The notes beneath the pieces were generated by a model that saw nothing but the letters and a program-made list of their open reading frames with translations, was not told the origin of the DNA and did not search any database. From Lysobacteraceae bacterium (lineage in GTDB: Bacteria; Pseudomonadota; Gammaproteobacteria; Xanthomonadales; Xanthomonadaceae), in the NCBI GenBank assembly GCA_035539135.1, contig DATLJD010000009.1, forward strand, positions 85,322 to 149,321: DNA of 64,000 nt, written 5' to 3'. Shown piece by piece: positions 20,281 through 29,310 of this stretch. Made by a program: the position numbers and the translations under genes. How positions within the stretch are numbered: the stretch's first letter is position 1; each line of letters begins with the position of its first letter.

Positions 20281-20460
20281 TCAACGCTTGCGGTCGCCGC
20301 GATCGCCCTGCCCGGACACGACGGTGGTCTTCGCGTGCTGGCGGCGGTCCTGCGCCAGCGAGCGGCCGGCGTCATCCGATTCCTTGAAGCGGCCCCGCTC
20401 GTCGCGACGCACGAAACGCACGTCGCCGTTGGGCTCGATCCGTTCGCGCTTGCCGGCCAT
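20281..20460 (-). CDS. small (59 aa) highly charged basic protein, unknown function
   Basis: Not in the ORF track (under 60 aa). The minus strand reads GAGGGAG-N6-ATG then MAGKRERIEPNGDVRFVRRDERGRFKESDDAGRSLAQDRRQHAKTTVVSGQGDRGDRKR. It has a strong Shine-Dalgarno and G/C-rich third positions. Confidence 0.6.
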   Translation of the reverse strand: MAGKRERIEPNGDVRFVRRDERGRFKESDDAGRSLAQDRRQHAKTTVVSGQGDRGDRKR

Positions 20461-20537
20461 GTTTCACTCCCTCGTCAAAACCGTGTCCAGCATGCTGGAG
20501 CGCGCGCAATGAAGCCAGCGCGAAGCGACCGCCCGCC

Positions 20538-20735
20538 ATGACGCCACTCGACAAGCCCCTGCGCCGCGAACTCGACATCAACGGCCGTCCGTGGACGCTC
20601 ACGATCGATCCCGAGCGCCTGAAGCTGGTGGAAAAAGGCCGGCGCAAGGGCGTCGAACTGGCCTGGCGCGACCTGGTCAACGGCGACGCCGCGCTGGCGG
20701 TCGCGCTGCAGGCCTCGCTGGTCGACCTGCGCTGA
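20538..20735 (+). CDS. small (65 aa) hypothetical protein
   Basis: Track ORF. Third positions are nearly all G/C and the composition is protein-like (MTPLDKPLRRELDINGRPWTLTIDPERLKLVEKGRRKG...). I see no clear Shine-Dalgarno. Confidence 0.5.
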   Translation: MTPLDKPLRRELDINGRPWTLTIDPERLKLVEKGRRKGVELAWRDLVNGDAALAVALQASLVDLR

Positions 20736-20848
20736 ACGGCGCATCCGCGCCACCCTGCCCGCGCCTGAATGGGATCGCCGCGATTTACGCGGGCTTGATC
20801 GCCGCCGGACCAGCATCGGCCCGTCATCCCGCCAACAGGTGCACGATC

Positions 20849-21661
20849 ATGCTTCGTACCGCCACCCTGACCTTCGCCATTTCCGCCGCGCTCGGCCTCG
20901 CCGGCGTCGCGCAGGCGCAGTCCACCACCCCGCCGGAAGATCCCACCAACGCGCAGCTCGAGCAGCAGACCGACGCCAACGCGCAGGCCGCGAACGAGGA
21001 CGCCAAGGACGCGAAGAAGTCGGCCAAGGACGCGCAGAAGGCGGCCGACGCGGCCACCGCCGACGACAGCATGGCCACCGACGTCACCGGCGCGCAGGTC
21101 GCCGCCGAGCAGGCGCAGGACGCCGCCGGCCAGGCCGACGCGGGCGCGCAACAGGCGCAGCAGGCCGACGCGGTCGCCAACTTCGGCGTGAACAAGGAGG
21201 GCGCCGCGGACGCGTCCGCGGCCGGCGCCGCCCAGGCCAGCATGGGCGCGGACGCCGCCGCCAGCGCGCAGGACGCGGCCGCGCCGCAGACCCCGCCCAC
21301 CACCACCGCCGAGGGCGACGCCACCATGAGCACCAATGCCGGCACGGCCACGGACACCGGCGCGACCACCGACACCACCACCACCGCGGCCGACGCCAAC
21401 GCCAACTTCGGTGCCGACGCCAACGCCGGCAATGCCGCGCAGGCCAGCATGTCGGGCGAGGTCAACGTCACCTCCAGCCCGGGCAACTCGATCAGCAGCA
21501 ACTACCACGTCGACTTCGGCGCGCTGGACGCGAACGGCGACGGCAGCATCAGCCGCGGCGAGGCCAAGGGCAACCCGGACCTGACCCGCGAGTTCAAGGT
21601 CGTCGACTCCAACCACAACGGCCGCCTGAGCCGGGACGAGATGAAGGGCTGGATCGACTGA
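20849..21661 (+). CDS. secreted low-complexity protein with two C-terminal EF-hand Ca2+-binding loops
   Basis: Signal peptide MLRTATLTFAISAALGLAGVAQA, about 200 aa of A/Q/D/T/G-rich low complexity, then the canonical loops DANGDGSISRGE and DSNHNGRLSRDE. ATG 20849 is in frame with track ORF 20591..21661. Confidence 0.8.
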   Translation: MLRTATLTFAISAALGLAGVAQAQSTTPPEDPTNAQLEQQTDANAQAANEDAKDAKKSAKDAQKAADAATADDSMATDVTGAQVAAEQAQDAAGQADAGAQQAQQADAVANFGVNKEGAADASAAGAAQASMGADAAASAQDAAAPQTPPTTTAEGDATMSTNAGTATDTGATTDTTTTAADANANFGADANAGNAAQASMSGEVNVTSSPGNSISSNYHVDFGALDANGDGSISRGEAKGNPDLTREFKVVDSNHNGRLSRDEMKGWID

Positions 21662-21689
21662 GCCCCTGCTGTTCGCAACACAGCGAAGA

Positions 21690-21715
21690 CGACGCCCCGC
21701 GCTTGCGGGGCGTCG
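21690..21715. terminator. bidirectional hairpin terminator between convergent genes
   Basis: CGACGCCCCGC-GCTT-GCGGGGCGTCG forms an 11-bp perfect stem with a 4-nt loop. There is no clear U-tract, which is common in high-GC genomes. Confidence 0.6.
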
Positions 21716-21720
21716 CCGTG

Positions 21721-22899
21721 TCAGGCGCCGGCCGCGTGCCGCCAGAGCAGGTGCGCGAGCGGCGGCAGCCGGCCGGCGAGGCCGAGCAGCGGGCCGCGCA
21801 GCAGCGTCGTCGCGACGCCGCCGTCGCCGAACAGGCGCTGCAGGCCCTCGAACGTGTAGGCGGCGACCGCGTTCTCGCTGCGCCGCGTGCGCGCCCAGCG
21901 CGCGAGCCGTTGCGGCGCGTCCCAGTCGGCGCGCGCGCGGCGCGCGGCGCGCACGGTCTCGCGCAGCGCGGCGACGTCGCGCAGGCCCAGGTTGACGCCC
22001 TGCCCCGCCAGCGGATGCACGACGTGCGCGGCGTCGCCGACCAGCAGCACGCGCCCGGCGACGTAGTCGCGCGCGAGCTGCCGCCGCAGCGGGAAGCCGG
22101 CGCGCTCCGACGCCAGCGTCATCCGCCCCAGGCGCGCGTCGAACGCGCGGGTCAGCTCGCCGGCGAAGGCGTTCCCATCCAGCGCGAGCAGGCGCGCCGC
22201 GTCGTCCTCCGGCACGCTCCACACGATCGAACCGAGGCCGTCGTCGCAAGGCAGCACCGCCAGCGGGCCCCCGGGCAGGAAGCGCTGCCACGCGGTGTCT
22301 TCGTGCGGCTGCTGCGTGCGCACGTAGGCGACGATGCCGCGCTGCCCGTAGTCGTGGGCGTCGCTGTCGATCCCGGCCAGGCGGCGCAGGCTGGACTGCG
22401 CCCCATCGGCGGCGACCGCGATGCGCGCGGCGACGCGGCTGCCGTCGTCCAGCTGCAGGCGCACGCCCTGCGCGTCCTGCGCCAGCGCCTCGACCCGCGC
22501 CGGACGGTGCACGCGCACCCCGGCCGCCGGCAGAGCCGCCCACAGGCGGTCGACCAGCAAGCCGTTCTCGACGATCCAGCCGAGCTCGCGCACGCCGAAG
22601 GCATCGGCGTCGAAGCGCAGCTCGCCGCCGCCGGCCGCGTCCCACACCCGCATCCGCCGGTAGGGATGCGCGCGCGCCTCCATGATGCGCGGCCACACGC
22701 CGAGCGATTGCAGCAGCGCGGCGTTGTCGGGCGCGAAGGCGAACACGCGCAGGTCGCGGCGCTCCGCTTGCCAGCGCGCCGGTTCGCCCGCTTCCACCAG
22801 CACGACCTCGAGCCCGGCATCGGCGAGCGACAGCGCGCAGGCGGCGCCGACCACGCCGGCGCCGACCACCACCACGTCGGGCTGGCCGCGCGCGCTCAT
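21721..22899 (-). CDS. UbiH/UbiF/VisC/COQ6-family FAD-dependent ubiquinone biosynthesis hydroxylase
   Basis: FAD fingerprint DVVVVGAGVVGAACAL, DG..S..R, and LVGDAAHVVHPLAGQGVNLGLRD. ATG 22899 overlaps the stop of the upstream paralog (ATGA). Confidence 0.88.
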   Translation of the reverse strand: MSARGQPDVVVVGAGVVGAACALSLADAGLEVVLVEAGEPARWQAERRDLRVFAFAPDNAALLQSLGVWPRIMEARAHPYRRMRVWDAAGGGELRFDADAFGVRELGWIVENGLLVDRLWAALPAAGVRVHRPARVEALAQDAQGVRLQLDDGSRVAARIAVAADGAQSSLRRLAGIDSDAHDYGQRGIVAYVRTQQPHEDTAWQRFLPGGPLAVLPCDDGLGSIVWSVPEDDAARLLALDGNAFAGELTRAFDARLGRMTLASERAGFPLRRQLARDYVAGRVLLVGDAAHVVHPLAGQGVNLGLRDVAALRETVRAARRARADWDAPQRLARWARTRRSENAVAAYTFEGLQRLFGDGGVATTLLRGPLLGLAGRLPPLAHLLWRHAAGA

Positions 22900-24101
22900 G
22901 GACGGCACAACGCCGGTACTTCGCCGCGGTAGCCCATCGCACCGCCGACCAGCCGGGCCTGCGCGGCGGGCAGGCGATCGAGCGCGAGCAGGCCGAGGCC
23001 GCGCAGCGGGCGCAGCAGCGGCGCGTCGTTGGCCGTCAGGCGGGCGAGACCGTCGGAGAAGGAGAGCGTGCGTGCGCGGTCCTCGCTTCTTCGTTCTGCG
23101 TAGGCGGCGAGCAGCGCGTCGTCGCCCGGATCGCCGCCGCGCGCCTCGATCAGCTCGGCCAGGGTCAGCGCGTCGCGCAGGCCGAGGTTGAAGCCCTGCG
23201 CGCCGATCGGATGCACCGACTGCGCGGCGTTGCCGACCAGCACCGCGCGCGGCGCGACCAGCCGCTGCGCGGCGATCCGCAGCGCCGGATAACGGCTGCG
23301 CGGGCCGACCGCGACGAAGCGCCCGGCGCGCCAGCCGAAGGCCCGCTGCACGCGGGCGAGGAAGGCCGCGTCGTCAAGCGCCGCGACCGCGTCGGCGTCC
23401 TCCGCGGCCACCCCGTGCACCAGGCCGTAGTGACGATCCGCGCGCGGCAGCAGCGCGGTCGGGCCGTCGTCGCCGAGGCGCTCGAACGCGGTGCCGTCGG
23501 GCGCGCGCTCGGCGCGCAGGCGGGCGACGAACAGCGCCTGGCCGTAGTCGTGTTCGTCCGCGCCGATGCCGAGCGCGGCGCGCACGCCGCTGTGGCTGCC
23601 GTCGGCGGCGACCAGCAGGCGCGCGCGCACGACGCGTTCGCCATCGGCGTCGGCCAGGCGCAGCGCGCGCGCGCCATCGTCGATCTCCTCGAGCCCGACG
23701 CAGCGCGCCGGCCGATAGCGGACCAGGTGCGCCAGTTCACCCAGGCGCGCCTCCAGCGCCTCGCCGAAATCGCGCGCGACCACGACCTGGCCGAATGCCT
23801 CGCGTCCGTAAGCATCCGCATCCAGCCGCAACCGCCCGAAATCGCCGCGGCGGCTGACGTGGATGCGGCGGATCGGCGCGCCGGGCGCGCGCAGCTTCGC
23901 CATCACCCCGAGCGCGCGCAGGGCGTTCACGGTCGCCTCGGCGAAGCTCAGGTTGCGCTCGTCGAACACCGCCGGCAGCGCGCCGGCGGGCGTGGCCTCG
24001 ACCAGGGCGACGTCGAGGCCGAGCCGGTCCAGCGCGATCGCCAGGCTCGCGCCCACCAGGCCGCCGCCGACGATGGCGACGTCGTGCCGGCTAGCCGTCA
24101 T
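22896..24101 (-). CDS. ubiH: 2-octaprenyl-6-methoxyphenol hydroxylase-type FAD monooxygenase (UbiH-like)
   Basis: DVAIVGGGLVGASLA, ADGSHSGVR, and LVGNAAQSVHPIGAQGFNLGLRD. It is the first gene of a tandem ubi-hydroxylase pair. The symbol assignment rests on arrangement only. Confidence 0.8.
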   Translation of the reverse strand: MTASRHDVAIVGGGLVGASLAIALDRLGLDVALVEATPAGALPAVFDERNLSFAEATVNALRALGVMAKLRAPGAPIRRIHVSRRGDFGRLRLDADAYGREAFGQVVVARDFGEALEARLGELAHLVRYRPARCVGLEEIDDGARALRLADADGERVVRARLLVAADGSHSGVRAALGIGADEHDYGQALFVARLRAERAPDGTAFERLGDDGPTALLPRADRHYGLVHGVAAEDADAVAALDDAAFLARVQRAFGWRAGRFVAVGPRSRYPALRIAAQRLVAPRAVLVGNAAQSVHPIGAQGFNLGLRDALTLAELIEARGGDPGDDALLAAYAERRSEDRARTLSFSDGLARLTANDAPLLRPLRGLGLLALDRLPAAQARLVGGAMGYRGEVPALCRP

Positions 24102-24208
24102 GCCGCTTGTCCTGCGTCGCCGCTGCGCGCGATGGCGTCATCGGATCGGCCCGTGCGGTGGGGTGGGGTATGCTACCGGTTCCCGTGCAGCCGCTCCCGT
24201 CCCCCACG

Positions 24209-24778
24209 ATGAATCGCGCCCCGTCCTCCTTCGCTCCCGGCCCGCTGGTGCTCACCGGCCTGATCGTCGTCGCGGCGCTGACGCGCCTGCTGCCGCATCC
24301 GCCGAACTTCTCGCCGGTGGAGGCGATCGCCCTGTTCGGCGGCGCCTATTTCGCCGCGCGCGGCGCCGCCCTGCTGGTGCCGCTGGCGGCGATGCTGCTG
24401 TCGGACTTCGCGCTCGGCCTGCTCAACGGTGGCATCTACCTCGACTACTTCACCAGCGCCGGCTTCTGGCTGCAGTACGCCTGCATCGCGCTGCTGGTGG
24501 TCGCGGGTTTCGGCCTGCGCGGGCGGGTCTCCGGCGGCCGCGTGCTGGGCTGGTCGCTGGCCGGTTCGGCACTGTTCTTCCTGGTCACCAACTTCGGCGC
24601 GTGGCTGGGTGCGCCGATGTACCCGCAGACGGTCGGCGGCCTCGGCGCCGCCTACGTCGCCGGCATCCCGTTCTTCCAGTGGACCGTGCTCGGCACCCTG
24701 TTCTACGCGGCGCTGCTGTTCGGCGGCTTCGCCCTGCTGCGCCGGCGCGTCCCCGCCCTGCGCGCGCAGACCGTCTGA
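24209..24778 (+). CDS. polytopic membrane protein of unknown function
   Basis: About 6 TM helices and high GC3. ATG 24209 is in frame with track ORF 24107..24778. It lies directly upstream of a cobalamin adenosyltransferase gene. Confidence 0.65.
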   Translation: MNRAPSSFAPGPLVLTGLIVVAALTRLLPHPPNFSPVEAIALFGGAYFAARGAALLVPLAAMLLSDFALGLLNGGIYLDYFTSAGFWLQYACIALLVVAGFGLRGRVSGGRVLGWSLAGSALFFLVTNFGAWLGAPMYPQTVGGLGAAYVAGIPFFQWTVLGTLFYAALLFGGFALLRRRVPALRAQTV

Positions 24779-24831
24779 CAGGGGCGTGACAGGAAGCTCG
24801 CGCTAGCCTTCGCTTCTCCCGTCTCCCCGCC

Positions 24832-25386
24832 ATGGGCAACCGCCTCTCCAAGATCTACACCCGCACCGGCGACGCCGGCACGACGGGGCTCGGCGACGGC
24901 ACCCGGGTGGCGAAGGATTCGGCACGGGTCGAGGCCTACGGCACGATCGACGAGGCCAATTCGGCGATCGGCGTGATCCTGGCCAGCGATGTGCCCGAAG
25001 ACGTGCGCACGCTGTTGACACGGGTCCAGCACCAGCTGTTCGACCTTGGCGGCGAGCTGTGCATTCCCGGCCACGCGGCGATCACCGACGCCGACGTCGG
25101 CGCGCTGGAAGACGCGCTGGACGGCTTCAACGACGCGCTGCCGCCGCTGCGGGAGTTCATCCTGCCCGGGGGCGGCGAGGCGGCGGCGCGTTGCCACCTC
25201 GCCCGCACCATCGTCCGCCGCGCCGAGCGCGCGACCGTGACCCTCGCCCGCGACGAGGCCGTGCGCCCGGAAGCGGTGCGCTACCTCAACCGCCTGTCCG
25301 ACCTGCTGTTCGTCCTAGCGCGCGTGCTCGCCCGCGCCAGCGGCCACGGCGAGGTGCTCTGGCAGCACGAGCGGCGCAAGGGCTGA
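24832..25386 (+). CDS. ATP:cob(I)alamin adenosyltransferase, PduO/MMAB type
   Basis: MGNRLSKIYTRTGDAGTTGL...EANSAIG...LQHQLFDLGGEL...FILPGG...AHLARTIVRRAER is the hallmark PduO-type sequence. Confidence 0.9.
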   Translation: MGNRLSKIYTRTGDAGTTGLGDGTRVAKDSARVEAYGTIDEANSAIGVILASDVPEDVRTLLTRVQHQLFDLGGELCIPGHAAITDADVGALEDALDGFNDALPPLREFILPGGGEAAARCHLARTIVRRAERATVTLARDEAVRPEAVRYLNRLSDLLFVLARVLARASGHGEVLWQHERRKG

Positions 25387-25422
25387 GGCGGCCTTGCGCG
25401 GCGCTCCCGCGCCGCGCCTGCA

Positions 25423-27939
25423 TTGCCCGCCCACCGGGGATACGGCAAGCTAGCGGCCATTTTCCGCCCGACGGATGTCCGCGTGCGCCCTGTCTTCCGC
25501 CTGCTGCCGCTGCCGTTCTGCATCGCCCTTTCGCTGTCGGCCCAGGCCGCGGACGAACGGCCGGAAGACTGGAAGCTGTGCCCGGCCGAGGACGCGGTTC
25601 CCGCCTTTCCCGACGCGCAGCCGGCGACCACCCGCCCCGAGGCGCGGGTCACCCTGCCGACCAACATCACCGGCGACCGCCTGTCCGGCACCGACATCCA
25701 GCCGGTCTTCAGCGGCAACGTCATCCTCCGCCGCGGCGACCAGTTCCTCGGCGCCGAGAACCTGAAGATCGACAAGGAGACCGGCCAGTACGACGCGCAG
25801 GGCGACATCCGCTACCAAGACACCGGCATGCGGCTGGTCGCGGGCGATGCCTCCGGCAACCAGAACGACGACACCCACCGCCTCGAGGACGTGCACTACC
25901 AGCTGATGTCGCGGCGCGGCAACGGCGGCGCCGAGCACATCGAGATGCAGGGCACGCACGGCGCGCTGTACGGCGCGACCTACTCGACCTGCCCGCCGGA
26001 GGACCGCGACTGGGAGCTGCGCGCGCAGCGCATCGACGTGGACACCGAGGAAGGCCTCGGCGTGGCCCGCAACGCGACCCTGCGGATCGGCAAGGTGCCG
26101 GTGCTGTACGTGCCGTGGTTCCAGTTCCCGATCGACGACCGGCGGCGCACCGGCCTGCTGTATCCCAGCGTCTCCCTGTCCGGGCGCAACGGCTTCGACT
26201 GGCGGCAGCCGGTCTACCTGAACCTCGCGCCCAACTACGACATGACGCTGACGCCGCGGATCATGACCGACCGCGGCTTCCAGCTCGGCACCGAATTCCG
26301 CTACCTGGTGCCGGGCGGCGCCGGCGAGATGCAGTTCGAGTTCCTGCCCAACGACAAGCTCACCGACCGCGAGCGCGACGAGGAGATCGCCGACGGGGTG
26401 CCGGCGGAGAACCGCCGCGACGACAACCGCGCGCTGTTCCGTTTCACCGGCAGCCAGCGCCTCACCTCGACCTGGAAGGCGCGCGCCAACCTCAACTGGA
26501 TCAGCGACGCCCGCTACCTCGAGGACTTCAGCAACCGCATCAATGGCCTGGCGCCTTATTCGCTCGGCAGCAGCATCGGCATCTACGGCGGCGGCGCGCA
26601 CTGGGATGCCTCGCTCACCGCGGACTACAAGCAACTCGCCGACTACACCCTGACCCGCAACATCCTTCCCTACAACCGACTGCCGCGGGCGACCTTCCAC
26701 CTCGACCAGCCCCTGCGCCCCTGGCTGCGCACGGGGGTGGACAGCGAAGCGGTGCGCTTCCAGCACCCGACCCGGAACGAAGGCAGCCGGTTCGACTTCA
26801 AGCCGTGGATCAGCATGCCGCTTGAGGGCGCAAGTTGGTACGTCACCCCGATCCTGGCTTGGCGCTACACGGGATACCAGCTGAGCGACGAGCTGACCGA
26901 GCAGGTCGCCCGCACTCGCGCGCGGGCCTACGTCCTCGAGAACGGCGGCAGCCTGACCCCCGACCTGATCGCCCGCTTCCGAAACGACAGGCCGACCCGC
27001 GCCCTGCCGATCGGGTCTATCAATGCCGGCCTGTTCTTCGACCGCGAAAGCGAGATCGGCGGTCAGAGCTTCCTGCAGACCCTCGAGCCGCGCCTGTTCT
27101 ACCTGCGCGTGCCCTACGAGGACCAGAGCGACCTGCCGCTGTTCGACACCCGGCCGCTGACCTTCAGCTGGGGCCAGCTGTTCCGCGACAACCGCTACAC
27201 CGGCGCCGACCGGCAGATGGACGCCAACCAGCTCACCCTGGCGCTGACCACCCGCCTGATCCGCCAGGCCGACGGCCGCGAGAAGCTCAGCGCCAGCGTC
27301 GGCCAGATCCGCTACTTCGACGACTCGCGGGTCGTCTACCCAGGCGAAACGCCGGTCGAACGCGGCAAGTCGGCCTGGGTGGTGGGCGCCAACTACGCGG
27401 TGAACGACCGGTGGGACGTGGGCGCGTCGTACCAATGGGACCCGAAGTTCCGCCGCCAGGACCTCGGCAGCCTGCGCACGCGCTATCTGATCGGCGACGA
27501 CGGCGTGGTCAACCTCGGCTACCGCTACCGGCGCAACCTGCTGGAGCAGGTCGATTTCTCGTTCCTGTACCCGCTCTCGCCCTCGTGGAGCCTGGTCGGC
27601 CGCTACTACTACTCGCTGTACCGCAACGACGCGCGCGGCATCGAGCCGGGCCTGCTGGAAGGCATCGCCGGCATCCAGTGGGACAGCTGCTGCGTGTCGG
27701 CGCGCCTGGTCGGGCGCCGCTACATCCACAACCGCGAAGGCGAGCTCGACAACGCGATCGAGCTGCAGATCGAACTCAAGGGCCTGGGTTCCGCCGGCCC
27801 GGACACGGAGTCGCGCCTGCGCCGTGCTATCCTCGGCTACTACCGCGAGGACCTCTACCTCGTTCCGCCGTCCGAAGCGGGCCAGCCCGCCGATCAAGAC
27901 GACGACGGCGACCCCAACGCCCCCGACGTCTTCCCATGA
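25423..27939 (+). CDS. lptD: LPS-assembly outer membrane protein LptD
   Basis: OstA N-terminal domain, a large beta-barrel, and position upstream of surA-pdxA. The start is uncertain between ATG 25423 and GTG 25483 (VRPVFRLLPLPFCIALSLSAQA, a signal peptide). Confidence 0.9.
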   Translation: MPAHRGYGKLAAIFRPTDVRVRPVFRLLPLPFCIALSLSAQAADERPEDWKLCPAEDAVPAFPDAQPATTRPEARVTLPTNITGDRLSGTDIQPVFSGNVILRRGDQFLGAENLKIDKETGQYDAQGDIRYQDTGMRLVAGDASGNQNDDTHRLEDVHYQLMSRRGNGGAEHIEMQGTHGALYGATYSTCPPEDRDWELRAQRIDVDTEEGLGVARNATLRIGKVPVLYVPWFQFPIDDRRRTGLLYPSVSLSGRNGFDWRQPVYLNLAPNYDMTLTPRIMTDRGFQLGTEFRYLVPGGAGEMQFEFLPNDKLTDRERDEEIADGVPAENRRDDNRALFRFTGSQRLTSTWKARANLNWISDARYLEDFSNRINGLAPYSLGSSIGIYGGGAHWDASLTADYKQLADYTLTRNILPYNRLPRATFHLDQPLRPWLRTGVDSEAVRFQHPTRNEGSRFDFKPWISMPLEGASWYVTPILAWRYTGYQLSDELTEQVARTRARAYVLENGGSLTPDLIARFRNDRPTRALPIGSINAGLFFDRESEIGGQSFLQTLEPRLFYLRVPYEDQSDLPLFDTRPLTFSWGQLFRDNRYTGADRQMDANQLTLALTTRLIRQADGREKLSASVGQIRYFDDSRVVYPGETPVERGKSAWVVGANYAVNDRWDVGASYQWDPKFRRQDLGSLRTRYLIGDDGVVNLGYRYRRNLLEQVDFSFLYPLSPSWSLVGRYYYSLYRNDARGIEPGLLEGIAGIQWDSCCVSARLVGRRYIHNREGELDNAIELQIELKGLGSAGPDTESRLRRAILGYYREDLYLVPPSEAGQPADQDDDGDPNAPDVFP

Positions 27940-29309
27940 CCCGACTGCTCGCCAGCCTCCTCATCCTCGCGGCGCTGTTCGCCGCGCCGTTGCACGCGCA
28001 GCAGGCGCAGCCCGCCGCGCTGCAACCGCTGGACCGCATCGCCGCGGTGGTCGACGACGGCGTGATCCTGCAGAGCGAGCTCGATCGCGCCGTGCAGAAC
28101 ATCCACGCCCAGTACGCCAGCCGGCCCGGCCAGCTGCCGCCCGAGGACGTGCTGCGCAAGCAGGTGCTCGAGCGCCTGGTGCTGGTGCGGCTGCAGGTCG
28201 CGCGCGCCGCCGAGAGCGGCATCCACGTCGGCGATCAGGAAGTGGACGCGGCGCTGGTCAACATCGCCCGCCAGAACAACATGACCCCGGACCAGCTGCG
28301 CGCGCAGCTCGCCCAGCACGGCGAGTCCTGGGCGGAGTTCCGTGAATCGATCCGCGACGAGATCACCATCCAGCGCCTGCGCCAGCGCTTCGCCCAGACC
28401 CGGATCAGCGTCAGCGACGCCGAGGTCGACGCCGCGCTCGAGGCCAGCGCCGGCGGCCAGCAGTACCACCTCGCCAACATCCTGGTCGCGCTGCCGGAAG
28501 GCGCCACGCCGGAGCAGATCGCCACCGGCCAGCAGAAGGTCGACGGCATCAAGGCGCTGATCGACCGGGGCGAGATGGACTTCCAGGCGGCGGCCGTCCG
28601 CTATTCCGACAGCCCGAACGCGCTGGAAGGCGGCGACCTCGGCTGGCGTTCGCTGGACGAGATCCCGGCCGCGTTCGCCAACGTCATCCGCTCGATGCAG
28701 CCCGGGCAGGTGATTGGACCGACCCGCGGCGCCAGCGGCTTCCAGCTGCTCAAGCTGCTGGAGACCCGCGAGGGCAGCGCGGCCGAGCCGCGCATGGTGA
28801 CCCAGTTCAACGCGCGCCACATCCTGATCCGCACCGGCGAAGGCGGGCTCGGCGAGGACGAGGCGCGGGCGAAGATCGACACCCTGGCCGCGCGCATCGC
28901 CGGCGGCGCCGACTTTCAGGCACTGGCCCGCGAGAACTCGCAGGATCCGGTCAGTGCGCCGGCCGGCGGCGATCTCGGCTGGTTCACCCAGGAGGCCTAT
29001 GGCCCGGAATTCGGCGCGCAGGTCGCGGCGTTGCAGGACGGCCAGGTGTCGGCGCCGTTCAAGACCCAGGCCGGCTGGCACATCGTGCAGCGCGTGGGCA
29101 GCCGCCAGGCCGACGTCGGCGCCGAGAACCGCCGCGCGCAGGTGCGCGAGGCGATCGGCCAGCGCAAGCTCGAGGACGAATGGGCGCGCTACCTGCGCGA
29201 GATCCGCGGCGACGCCTATGTCGACTTCCGCATCGGCGACGCCGCGGCGACGCCGGAGCCCGAAGCCGCGCCCAGCGCCACCCCGCCGGCGGACGGCACG
29301 GCCGGCTGA
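27936..29309 (+). CDS. surA: periplasmic chaperone / peptidyl-prolyl isomerase SurA
   Basis: Signal peptide, SurA N-domain and two parvulin domains (GGDLGW twice). The ATG overlaps the lptD stop (ATGA 27936-27939). Confidence 0.92.
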   Translation: MTRLLASLLILAALFAAPLHAQQAQPAALQPLDRIAAVVDDGVILQSELDRAVQNIHAQYASRPGQLPPEDVLRKQVLERLVLVRLQVARAAESGIHVGDQEVDAALVNIARQNNMTPDQLRAQLAQHGESWAEFRESIRDEITIQRLRQRFAQTRISVSDAEVDAALEASAGGQQYHLANILVALPEGATPEQIATGQQKVDGIKALIDRGEMDFQAAAVRYSDSPNALEGGDLGWRSLDEIPAAFANVIRSMQPGQVIGPTRGASGFQLLKLLETREGSAAEPRMVTQFNARHILIRTGEGGLGEDEARAKIDTLAARIAGGADFQALARENSQDPVSAPAGGDLGWFTQEAYGPEFGAQVAALQDGQVSAPFKTQAGWHIVQRVGSRQADVGAENRRAQVREAIGQRKLEDEWARYLREIRGDAYVDFRIGDAAATPEPEAAPSATPPADGTAG

Positions 29310-29310
29310 C

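Noticed and set aside
20591-20848. 86-codon N-terminal extension of the EF-hand protein ORF, overlapping the 65-aa ORF
   Set aside because: The extension is Arg/Ala/Gly-rich junk. A proper signal peptide begins at ATG 20849.
24102-24208. Cobalamin riboswitch upstream of the membrane protein / PduO adenosyltransferase pair
   Set aside because: The spacer is only 107 nt, and I could not find a B12-box-like element or the conserved core. It also has to hold the divergent ubiH promoter.
25450-27897. 815-aa minus-strand ORF
   Set aside because: It is antisense to lptD and its composition is not protein-like.
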